Source of the DNA: Gammaproteobacteria bacterium
Lineage (GTDB): Bacteria > Pseudomonadota > Gammaproteobacteria > UBA1113
Direction of reading: 5' to 3'
NCBI GenBank assembly: GCA_020051155.1
Contig: JAGVJK010000005.1
Span: forward strand, 3,312-67,311
Length of the DNA: 64,000 nt
Of the stretch, positions 37,656 through 45,948 are shown in pieces. A model generated the notes under the pieces. It saw nothing but the letters and a program-made list of their open reading frames with translations, was not told the DNA's origin and did not search any database. The translations under genes and the position numbers were made by a program. Numbering within the stretch: the stretch's first letter is position 1; every line of letters starts with the position of its first letter.

Positions 37656-38669
37656 ATGGGAATTGATCAAGGGTGGATGTATTCTTTATTATTAAAATTA
37701 CCACCGGAAATTGCGCATGCTGTAGCGCTTAAGGGTTTAAAGGCTTTACACCGTTTACATCTTTATCAAGGCTCCAACCCTGGACCTTCTGTTTTGCAGC
37801 GCACAGTGATGGGTTTAACCTTTCCTAATCCCGTCGGCTTAGCAGCGGGATTGGATAAAAACGGTGACTATATTGACGCATTAGCCAGTCTTGGATTTGG
37901 TTTTTTAGAAATTGGTACCGTGACACCGCAGCCACAATCTGGCAATCCTAAACCGCGTTTATTTCGTTTACCCGAAGCTCATGCGTTGATTAATCGCATG
38001 GGGTTTAATAATAAAGGGGTGGATTATCTGGTGGACCGCGTGAGTACTGCGCGTTATCAAGGGATTTTAGGAATTAATATTGGTAAGAATAAAACAACAC
38101 CGGCAGAGCGAGCGGTGGATGATTATATTTATTGCTTACGAAAAGTGTATCCCTATGCGAGTTATATTACGATTAATATTTCTTCACCGAATACACAAGG
38201 ATTGCGACAGTTACAGTTTGGTGAAGAGCTTGACCGATTATTGCAAGCGCTCAAGTTTGAGCAACGTGAGCTTGAGCAGCATTATCAATGTTATAAACCC
38301 ATCGTCGTGAAATTATCTCCGGATTTATCGCTAGATGAAATACGCGATATTGCCGGTAAATTATTATTGAATAATATCGATGGCGTGATTGCTTGTAATA
38401 CGACTGTAGGACGAGAGGGCGTTGAAAAAAATCCTTTGGCGCAAGAGGCGGGTGGCTTAAGTGGTCAACCGTTAACAACAAAGAATCGTAAAGTGATGGA
38501 GACTCTCGTTACAGCTCTTCAGCAAAAAATTCCAGTGATCGGTGTTGGCGGTATTACGACACGAGAGGATATGGAAGCTGCGTTTAACGTGGGCGCGGAA
38601 TTAGTGCAAGTTTATACAGCGTTGATATATCAAGGGCCGGGATTAATTGGAAAATTGTTGAAGGCGTGA
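37656..38669 (+). CDS. pyrD: Dihydroorotate dehydrogenase (quinone), class 2
   Basis: Motifs: LTFPNPVGLAAGLDKNG, EIGTVTP, NRMGFNN, INISSPNT, GVIACNTT, GGLSG, IGVGGI. The ATG at 37656 follows GAGGTG. Confidence 0.9.
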   Translation: MGIDQGWMYSLLLKLPPEIAHAVALKGLKALHRLHLYQGSNPGPSVLQRTVMGLTFPNPVGLAAGLDKNGDYIDALASLGFGFLEIGTVTPQPQSGNPKPRLFRLPEAHALINRMGFNNKGVDYLVDRVSTARYQGILGINIGKNKTTPAERAVDDYIYCLRKVYPYASYITINISSPNTQGLRQLQFGEELDRLLQALKFEQRELEQHYQCYKPIVVKLSPDLSLDEIRDIAGKLLLNNIDGVIACNTTVGREGVEKNPLAQEAGGLSGQPLTTKNRKVMETLVTALQQKIPVIGVGGITTREDMEAAFNVGAELVQVYTALIYQGPGLIGKLLKA

Positions 38670-38743
38670 GTGCTAATAAAGAAATTGTCGGTAAGATGTA
38701 AAAAACTATAGATGCTGAATTTCCCGTGCAAATATCTTAAAGC

Positions 38744-38885
38744 GTGCCTTCTCCCCTTGAGGGAGAAGGTGCCCAACGGGCGGATGAGGGGTGATCAAAA
38801 TCAGGAAAAATACGTTATTGAAATGAGCTATTAGGTACCCCTCATCCGGCCTTCGGCCACCTTCTCCCTCAAGGGGAGAAGGCAC
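38744..38885. repeat. MITE/REP-like element: two inverted 49-nt double-hairpin units flanking a 44-nt spacer
   Basis: Left unit 38744-38792: GTGCCTTCTCCCCTTGAGGGAGAAGGTGCCCAACGGGCGGATGAGGGGT. The right unit (38837-38885) is its reverse complement except at 4 positions, and it is identical to the copy at 58235-58283. Lies between convergent pyrD and relA. Confidence 0.85.
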
Positions 38886-38913
38886 TTCTTATAAGCTTTG
38901 AGGCCATATTTTT

Positions 38914-41124
38914 TTAGCAGCGACGAATACCAAGCACGTGGTGGATATGACTCAGCTGAGCGATGATTTGAGTGAGTTGTGAGGCTTCGTTAATTTCTAA
39001 GGTTAGTTTGATCGTAACGGTATTACCACCGCGTTCAGCGAAAGTATGTAATCCCACTAATTTCAATTTTTTATTGCTGATGAGCGTCGTAATGTCTCGC
39101 AATAAATCTTCTCGATCATGAGCGGTGATCACTAAATCTGCCGGATAATGATGACGAGTTTGATCAACCCAGTGAGCTTCAAGTAATTTATTTTTATTAG
39201 CCACATTATCGATATTAGGACAGGTGATCAAATGAATAGTAACACCACGTTCTTTGGTAATATGTCCAACCACTAGATCACCTGGAATAGGTTTACAGCA
39301 TTTTGCGAAGGTTATTAAAATATCATCTAACCCCTCGATGACCACATCATTTTTTGAAGAGGAAGTAGACGGTTTACTCGGCGCTGCAATCACCACGGGT
39401 TTGACTTTTTCAGTTTTGATTCCCAAATCATGTTGAATCATATTCAACAAGGTATGCAACTTTAAATCACCACGGCCGATAGCGGCTAATAAATCATTAT
39501 AGGTTTTAAAATTATAATGTTGAATGTAAGGTGCAAAATCTATTTTCGGTAGATTTAGTTTGCCGAGCTCAGTGTCCAAGATCGCTTGTCCTTGACTAAC
39601 ATATTGATCATGATCTTGTTCTTTAAACCAATGTAATACTTTCGCTCGTGCGCGCGAAGTAAATAAATATCCCGCATGGGGACTTAACCAATCACGACTA
39701 GGGCGTGGAATTTTGGTCGTGATAATTTCAATTTTTTCTCCTGTGTTTAAACGGTGAGTTAAGGGAACGATTTGGCCATTCACCTTAGCACCGCGACAGC
39801 GATGCCCGATTTGAGTATGAATTTGATAAGCAAAATCTAAGGGCGTCGAACCATTGGGAAGATCCACAATTTGATTCTCAGGTGTAAAGACGTAAACGCG
39901 ATCACCAAAAATTTGCTTTGTAGTGGTTTGCTCAACGGATTTTCCTTGTTGCACCAATTCATTTTGCCAATCTAATACTTGGCGTAACCAAAGGATTTTT
40001 TCTTCATAACCTTGTTGAGGTGCCGCACCTTCTTTATATTTCCAGTGAGCGGCAACGCCAAGCTCTGAATCTTGATGCATTTGTTTCGTGCGTATTTGTA
40101 CTTCAAAATTAATATTGCCAGGGCCCACAACGGCCGTATGAATTGATCGATAACCATTGGGTTTTGGATGGCTGATGTAATCATCAAATTCTGCAGGAAT
40201 CGGTTGCCAGAGTGTATGGACGATACCCAACGAGGTATAACACTCCTCAAGATTGGACACTAAAATTCGCAGAGCTATTGCGTCATAAATTTGTCCGTAA
40301 TCAACGCCTTTTCGTACCATTTTTCGATAGATACTGTAGATGTGTTTCGCGCGCCCGACGATATCATAATCTTTAATATCAGCTTTAATTAATTCAGCCG
40401 CCAAGGTAGTTTTGATCTCTGTGACATAATGTTCGCGCTCAATCCGCGTTAAGTCTAATTTTTTTGCCAGTTCTTTATAGGCTTGAGAATTTAAATAACG
40501 AAATGCGAGATCTTCTAATTCCCATTTTATCTGACCGATGCCAAGGCGATTCGCTAAGGGAGCGTAAATTTCTTGTATCTCATGGGCTAAAGATTCTTGT
40601 ATGGTGGCAGGCAAGGCATCTGCCAATCGTAACATGCAGAGGCGTTCGGCTAATTTAATGAGTACGACTCGCACGTCTTCTACGATTGCCAGTAACATTT
40701 TTCTGATGTTATCTATTTGGCCGCGATTTTGTGGCTGATGGTGCAAATAAATAGGTAAGTTATGGATGGCATCCATTTGTTGCGTGCCAGCAATTAATTT
40801 CGCAACCTCAGGATTAACCTGTTCGGCGACATCTTCAAGCGGTAGGTCCGCGCATTCTACATTATTGTAAAGAAGCGCCGCAGCAATGGATTGTTCATCA
40901 GCTTTGAGATCAGCAAGAATTTCCGCCATCATCATGCCGTGATTTAAACAGGGTTGGCCGGTAGAAGTTAGATGCGGGCCCGCGGTATCTTGCGCAAAAT
41001 AGCAAGCCATACGAATGAAATGCTGATGAGGTTCGCTATATTTACCTGTCAGGGTGTTAAGCCAACCTTCAATGTCGATGCGACCATCAGGAAGATAGTA
41101 ACTTGCTTCTTTGACCTTGACCAT
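38914..41124 (-). CDS. relA: GTP pyrophosphokinase RelA ((p)ppGpp synthetase I)
   Basis: RelA/SpoT family with synthetase, TGS and ACT regions. The hydrolase HD motif is absent (LYNNVECAD where SpoT has HDVIED). Lies downstream of rlmD as in E. coli. Start taken at MVKVKEAS (41124) by analogy with E. coli MVAVRSAH. Confidence 0.85.
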   Translation of the reverse strand: MVKVKEASYYLPDGRIDIEGWLNTLTGKYSEPHQHFIRMACYFAQDTAGPHLTSTGQPCLNHGMMMAEILADLKADEQSIAAALLYNNVECADLPLEDVAEQVNPEVAKLIAGTQQMDAIHNLPIYLHHQPQNRGQIDNIRKMLLAIVEDVRVVLIKLAERLCMLRLADALPATIQESLAHEIQEIYAPLANRLGIGQIKWELEDLAFRYLNSQAYKELAKKLDLTRIEREHYVTEIKTTLAAELIKADIKDYDIVGRAKHIYSIYRKMVRKGVDYGQIYDAIALRILVSNLEECYTSLGIVHTLWQPIPAEFDDYISHPKPNGYRSIHTAVVGPGNINFEVQIRTKQMHQDSELGVAAHWKYKEGAAPQQGYEEKILWLRQVLDWQNELVQQGKSVEQTTTKQIFGDRVYVFTPENQIVDLPNGSTPLDFAYQIHTQIGHRCRGAKVNGQIVPLTHRLNTGEKIEIITTKIPRPSRDWLSPHAGYLFTSRARAKVLHWFKEQDHDQYVSQGQAILDTELGKLNLPKIDFAPYIQHYNFKTYNDLLAAIGRGDLKLHTLLNMIQHDLGIKTEKVKPVVIAAPSKPSTSSSKNDVVIEGLDDILITFAKCCKPIPGDLVVGHITKERGVTIHLITCPNIDNVANKNKLLEAHWVDQTRHHYPADLVITAHDREDLLRDITTLISNKKLKLVGLHTFAERGGNTVTIKLTLEINEASQLTQIIAQLSHIHHVLGIRRC

Positions 41125-41209
41125 GGTGCGTACCAAATAAACGGCTTTATAGATGTAAGAAGTGTAAAGCATGAGAGGAGAAAGGTCAAAATTAGGGCTT
41201 AATGAACCT

Positions 41210-42553
41210 TTATTTTTCAAACAACGCCATAGACTCCACATGCGCGGTATGCGGAAACATATCCATAATTCCTGCTTTTAATAATCGATAGCCTTTTTCA
41301 TGCACTAAAATTCCTGCATCCCGAGCTAAGGTTGCTGGATTACATGAAACATAGAGAATCCTTTGCGGATTAATTTGTTGGATTTGTTCTACGATCGCTT
41401 GTGCGCCACTGCGCGGAGGATCTAATAACAATTTGTGATAGACAGGTTGACTCCAAGGTGCATCAGTCCACGGAGCTGCTAAATCAGCGCGATAAAAAGA
41501 GGTATTGTGAATCCCATTAAGCGTTGCATTATAAGAAGCTCGAGCCACCATGGCATCACTGCCTTCAACACCAACCACTTGTTGTGCACGAGTTGCTAAG
41601 GGTAAAGTAAAATTACCTAACCCGCAGAACAAATCTAAAATCTGTTCATCAGCCTGAGGGTTAAGTAACTCAATGGCTTGTTGCACCATGCCTTGATTGA
41701 GTAAAGGATTGACCTGAGTAAAATCACTGGGATGAAATTCCAAACGTAAATTAAATGCGGGCAGACTATAAAAAAGATAATCATCCTCTGGCGTTTTGCT
41801 CGCTGCAGGCCATAGTCGATGAATGCTATCTGGGCCTTGGGGTTGTAAATAAAGATGAAATCCAAAGCGCTGAGCAAAGTGATGTAATGATTCGAGATCT
41901 TCAGTTATAAGCGGTTCTAAATGACGAACAATCAATGCAACAATAGCACCGTCAATACTATTTGAATCGGCTGCTGCTTCGCCGATGGCAACCTCAATTT
42001 GCGGTAGCTGTTCACGACAAGCTAATCCCTCAATTAGTTGCGCTAAGTCTGATAGACGTTGTCCCACGGCTGGATGAAGCACTTCACAGGTATCAAGCTC
42101 TGCAATATAACGACCATTGGCTTCACGAAAGCCCACTAACACTTTTTGTTTTTTTTGCACATAACGAACCCCTAAACGTGCCTTATGTCGATATTGCCAA
42201 ACAGGCCCGAGTAATGGTGGCAGAACACTCTCAGGGCTGACACGTCCAAAGTGAGTGAGGTGTTGCAGCAAGAGTGCTTGTTTGTGTTCGATTTGATAAG
42301 CATGTGTCATATGCTGGGCACTGCAGCCGCCGCAAATTCCAAAGTGTGGACAAGCAGGTGTGGTGCGTTGTGGTGACGATTCTACAATCTCAGTCGCTAT
42401 GCCCTCATCATAATTGCGATGACGTTTTTGCAAGGTGTAGTGCACCTGTTCGCCGGGCAAGGCGTTTTTGATAAACGTTGTTTTACCATCGACACGGGCG
42501 ATTCCCCGTTGATCGTGAGTTAAGTCAGTGATGGTTGCGATGATTGATTCCAC
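41210..42553 (-). CDS. rlmD: 23S rRNA (uracil1939-C5)-methyltransferase RlmD (RumA)
   Basis: N-terminal TRAM domain. Fe-S cysteines CPHFGICGGCSAQH. SAM motif LDLFCGLGNFTLPLA. C-terminal NPATLARD. Confidence 0.85.
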   Translation of the reverse strand: MESIIATITDLTHDQRGIARVDGKTTFIKNALPGEQVHYTLQKRHRNYDEGIATEIVESSPQRTTPACPHFGICGGCSAQHMTHAYQIEHKQALLLQHLTHFGRVSPESVLPPLLGPVWQYRHKARLGVRYVQKKQKVLVGFREANGRYIAELDTCEVLHPAVGQRLSDLAQLIEGLACREQLPQIEVAIGEAAADSNSIDGAIVALIVRHLEPLITEDLESLHHFAQRFGFHLYLQPQGPDSIHRLWPAASKTPEDDYLFYSLPAFNLRLEFHPSDFTQVNPLLNQGMVQQAIELLNPQADEQILDLFCGLGNFTLPLATRAQQVVGVEGSDAMVARASYNATLNGIHNTSFYRADLAAPWTDAPWSQPVYHKLLLDPPRSGAQAIVEQIQQINPQRILYVSCNPATLARDAGILVHEKGYRLLKAGIMDMFPHTAHVESMALFEK

Positions 42554-43302
42554 GCGTTTAAAAACTCTTTAAAATGGGCTTTATCTTCGGCACCTAATAC
42601 ATCTTTAACTTCTTGGCATGCTTCTTCATATTGAACGGACGTCAAATGACCCCGTAGCAATTGGTAACGCAAGTAGAGTAAGTAAGTATTGAGTACATCC
42701 GTTTCGCAATAATTGCGGATGGGGATAATATCATTTTGGTGATATCGTTGCCACACTTGGTGACCATCCATGCCCATTTTTCCTGGGAATCCACAGAGTT
42801 GAGCGATTTTATCCAAAGGAGCAGCAGCCTTGCCTTGGTAAGCGGATAAAATATCCATTAAATCCGTATGTCGCTCGTGATAACGGTTGAGGTAATTATT
42901 CCACTTAAAGTCGCCGGTGGTTTCCCAATATAAAGGGCTGCTAACACCATGGATCAACGCACGGTAATGAATAACAGGTAAGTCAAAGCCGGAACCATTC
43001 CAAGAGACTAGCGTGGGAGTAAAACGTTCAATGCCTTTAAAAAATCGATTGATTAAATCAGCTTCTGTAGAATCAGGTTCCCCAAGCGACCAGACTTTTA
43101 ACTGCTCCTTAGTTTTTAATACGGCAGAAATAGCCACAATTTTTTGCAGATAGTGCGGGAGAAATTCTGAACCATGGCTTTCTATACGCATTTGCGTCAT
43201 TGCCATGACCACATCTTCATCTGATAGACCATGCAGAGAGTGAAGTTTTCTACCAGCATCTGCATCAGGAACTGTTTCAATATCAAAGACAAAAATGTTC
43301 AA
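42520..43302 (-). CDS. Predicted 3'-5' exonuclease related to the PolB exonuclease domain (COG3298-like)
   Basis: NIFVFDIETVPD (ExoI-like), LVSWNGSGFDLPV and H..DLMD motifs. I prefer the TTG at 43302 (GGGAGA 6 nt upstream, giving MNIFVFDIE) to the GTG at 43392. Start uncertain. Confidence 0.6.
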   Translation of the reverse strand: MNIFVFDIETVPDADAGRKLHSLHGLSDEDVVMAMTQMRIESHGSEFLPHYLQKIVAISAVLKTKEQLKVWSLGEPDSTEADLINRFFKGIERFTPTLVSWNGSGFDLPVIHYRALIHGVSSPLYWETTGDFKWNNYLNRYHERHTDLMDILSAYQGKAAAPLDKIAQLCGFPGKMGMDGHQVWQRYHQNDIIPIRNYCETDVLNTYLLYLRYQLLRGHLTSVQYEEACQEVKDVLGAEDKAHFKEFLNAWNQSSQPSLT

Positions 43303-43398
43303 ACGAGGTCTCCCAAAAACAATTGGGCTAGTATAGTTGAGGATTTTTATTTGTAAAGTTTCAAAAAGAATGCCAAAAAATGGGTTATTCACAATTTC

Positions 43399-43419
43399 TG
43401 TGGATAACTTTGTGGAAAG
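43399..43419 (-). promoter_or_regulatory. Two adjacent DnaA-box-like 9-mers
   Basis: The minus strand reads TTATCCACA (43407-43399, a perfect consensus) and CTTTCCACA (43419-43411, one mismatch to TTWTNCACA). Both lie upstream of the exonuclease-like gene. Confidence 0.4.
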
Positions 43420-43630
43420 TAACTGAGTAAGGCGGGCTAACCCCCGAAATAGCGGGGGTTTGGTTAAAATGAGCAGTTCTCTGGCAGCGTTTAAATCTTC
43501 ATTTAAATCAACTAGTTAGCAAATCTAGTTAAAGTGGTTGCTTGCCATATTAGGTTGTGTTAGTGAGTATTTTTGTTTCGATTACGGGATGTGTATAAGT
43601 GCATTTTTTATACCCTGTTTTGCAACACAA

Positions 43631-43654
43631 CAAAAAACCCGCCATCAGCGGGTT
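43631..43654 (-). terminator. Rho-independent terminator of the 6S RNA gene
   Basis: Minus strand reads AACCCGC-UGAUG-GCGGGUU followed by UUUU. Confidence 0.75.
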
Positions 43655-43831
43655 CTTTGCGGGGTGTTTTCTCAAATGCCTGTCTAAACCCTTTTTTATT
43701 GCAACGTGGTGATGGACTCAGACACTTAAGGCTTCCCACTCAAGGTGGGCATGCACACCATGCCTCTCTACCATCTCCGAACCTACTCACGTACCGGCTC
43801 AGACATGCTGCACTTTTCAAAAACACCCTTA
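43655..43831 (-). ncRNA. ssrS: 6S RNA
   Basis: The minus strand contains CUGAGCCG, GGUGUGCAUGC and GGGAAGCCUUAAG in the same order and spacing as E. coli 6S RNA (CUGAGCCG...GGUGAGCAUGC...GAGAAGCCUUAAA, from memory). The ends pair as a closing stem (5' GGGUGUUUU / 3' AAAACACCC; 5' GCAUGUCUGA / 3' UUAGACAGGC). A TATAGT -10-like hexamer lies at 43843-43838 and a terminator follows. Ends are approximate (+/- 10 nt). Confidence 0.8.
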
Positions 43832-44033
43832 CTAATAACTATAGACCATTTTTTGAACGATATGTTTTTTTATCAGTTGCGGACTCTTTGTATGATATAC
43901 TGCGCAAATTTATAATGCCGCTCGTACCTCAAGATGCGAACCTAGCACTTCGCCCTGACGGTCATCTTGAGGTACGAGCGGTATGGGAACCTCGAAAGAG
44001 GTGCCTTTCTTTAAACTCGATGGGAGAGAGTGA

Positions 44034-44693
44034 ATGCGATTAATGTTATTAGGGTGTCCAGGGGCCGGCAAGGGCACACAAGCGTTATTTATAAAAGAAC
44101 GCTATGGAATACCGCAAATATCCACGGGAGAAATGTTGCGAGCAGCTGTCGCTGCGGGCACACCTCTCGGACTTAAAGTGAAATCAATTATGGATGCAGG
44201 CCAGTTAGTTCCCGATCATATTATGATTGATTTAGTCAATGAACGAATCAAAGAGCCAGACTGTGAGCATGGCTTTTTATTAGATGGTTTCCCACGAACG
44301 ATACCACAAGCTGAAGCATTAGCAGCTGCCAATATTGTTTTGGATGACATTATTGAAATTGTGGTGGAAGATGAGGAAATTGTGAAACGTATGGCAGGGC
44401 GCTGGACTCACTCTGCATCGGGTCGTGTGTATCACGAAATTTATAATCCTCCACAACAGCCAGGTAAAGATGATGTGACGCAAGAGTCCTTAATACAACG
44501 AGAAGATGATAAGGAAGAAACTGTGCGACGTCGATTGGCTGTTTATCATCAACAGACAAAACCATTAGTAGATTATTATCAGACCCTCAGTCAAAATAAT
44601 AAAAATCAACGTCCACGTTATTTTAGTATTTCTGGTGAAGGCTCGGTGGATGAAGTGAAGCAAAAAATATTTTCGATTCTTGATGCGGAATAA
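44034..44693 (+). CDS. adk: Adenylate kinase
   Basis: [18 protein letters not shown]-loop, [10 protein letters not shown], long LID segment. Confidence 0.95.
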   Translation: MRLMLLGCPGAGKGTQALFIKERYGIPQISTGEMLRAAVAAGTPLGLKVKSIMDAGQLVPDHIMIDLVNERIKEPDCEHGFLLDGFPRTIPQAEALAAANIVLDDIIEIVVEDEEIVKRMAGRWTHSASGRVYHEIYNPPQQPGKDDVTQESLIQREDDKEETVRRRLAVYHQQTKPLVDYYQTLSQNNKNQRPRYFSISGEGSVDEVKQKIFSILDAE

Positions 44694-44713
44694 CAGGAAG
44701 GAGCAATAGTGTA

Positions 44714-45079
44714 ATGAGTACAGTTGAATTAACAAAAGAGAATTTTGATGAAATGGTCGCTCAGCATGAGATGCTCATTTTGGATTTTTGGGCAGAATGG
44801 TGTGGACCTTGCAAGAGCTTTGGCCCGATTTTCTCTCAAGTATCAGAGCAATATCCAGATATCTTATTTGGAAAAATTAATACAGAAGAGCAACCAGAGT
44901 TAGCGCAAGATTTTCGTGTACGCTCGATTCCTTTAGTCGTTGTCTTGAGACAAAACATTGCTGTTTTTTCTCAACCCGGCATGTTACCGGCTTCCGCATT
45001 GGTAGATATTATCGAGCAAGCTAAAGCATTAGATATGGATGAGGTTCGAGCAAGTATTGCTCGCGATGCTGAAAAATAA
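44714..45079 (+). CDS. trxA: Thioredoxin
   Basis: WAEWCGPCK active site in a 121-aa thioredoxin-fold protein. Confidence 0.8.
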   Translation: MSTVELTKENFDEMVAQHEMLILDFWAEWCGPCKSFGPIFSQVSEQYPDILFGKINTEEQPELAQDFRVRSIPLVVVLRQNIAVFSQPGMLPASALVDIIEQAKALDMDEVRASIARDAEK

Positions 45080-45115
45080 ATCTGAAGGCTTCTTAAGACA
45101 CTTTTTTACTTTACC

Positions 45116-45146
45116 AATAAAAAGGGCGACTCATAATGGTCGCCCT
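45116..45146 (-). terminator. Rho-independent terminator of the H1-like protein gene
   Basis: Minus strand reads AGGGCGAC-(8 nt)-GUCGCCCU followed by UUUUAUU. Confidence 0.65.
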
Positions 45147-45169
45147 GTCATAGATACCGTGAGGTATGA

Positions 45170-45604
45170 CTATTTTTTAGCCTTAGCAACACGCGCTTTG
45201 CGTTTAGCTGGGCGTTTTGCTGGAGCAGCAGCAGTAGCCGTTGCTTTTTTAGCTACGGTACGTTTGCTGGATTTTTTTCTTTTTGTAGTTTTTGCTGCGG
45301 AGCCGGTAGCAATAGAGATGTGTTTTGCGTGACGTTTACGTACGCTATCACCAGCTTTTGCTGCAGCTTTTGATACTTCTTCAACCATTTTTGCATGAGC
45401 TTTAACGCCTGCATTAAAGCCATTTGCATGAGCTTTAGCAACTTCAGCTTTCAAACGTTTAGCAAATTCAGCTTTCAAATGTTTTAAAGCGGTTGCTTGG
45501 CTTTTCACATTGCTTTTTGCTTTAACGGAAGTTTTACGAGTTACTTTTTTTGCAGTACGCTTTGCAGCAGGTTTACGCGCTTTTTTCATCGCAGATTTTA
45601 CCAT
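45170..45604 (-). CDS. Lys/Ala-rich histone H1-like basic protein (144 aa)
   Basis: Low-complexity sequence with AKK, KRPAKRKA and KAKK repeats. The ATG at 45604 is preceded by GAAGGAG; the ORF-track TTG at 45622 sits on that RBS. Confidence 0.7.
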   Translation of the reverse strand: MVKSAMKKARKPAAKRTAKKVTRKTSVKAKSNVKSQATALKHLKAEFAKRLKAEVAKAHANGFNAGVKAHAKMVEEVSKAAAKAGDSVRKRHAKHISIATGSAAKTTKRKKSSKRTVAKKATATAAAPAKRPAKRKARVAKAKK

Positions 45605-45948
45605 GATTTTCTCCTTCGCCAATTTGGCTATTTCACATGACAGTCATTTAGTAGCTAATGGCATCTTACAAAGATCATGAGGCTTCTTTGTTAGAAAACG
45701 TTGCCGCTCTCTATGATGATAACCCACTAACACATATCCCTATACCTAAGTCATTAGGCAATGTAAATAATAGCGCTAAATTTGAAAAGTTTAAATGTAA
45801 AGTGTTCTTTTTTTTAAAAAAAGAGAAGTTTTTTTGATTTTTTTTTCAAATTATCTCAAATTTGGTTTATCATTGGACAAATTTTTAAAAAAATTTTTGT
45901 ATTTCATTTCAAAAACGAAAGTGTTGCGAAGAAAAAAAGGAGTTGCGC

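Noticed and set aside
43393..43630. Chromosomal origin (oriC), suggested by the perfect DnaA box
   Set aside because: Only two boxes are present. I could identify no AT-rich unwinding repeats or additional boxes, and no dnaA, dnaN or gidA lies nearby. I kept it only as a possible DnaA-regulated promoter.
43573..44043. 156-aa plus-strand ORF from the ORF track
   Set aside because: It is antisense to the 6S RNA gene and its terminator. It has no RBS. Its composition is odd (Leu/Arg/Pro-rich). It runs into the well-supported adk start at 44034. I treat it as spurious.
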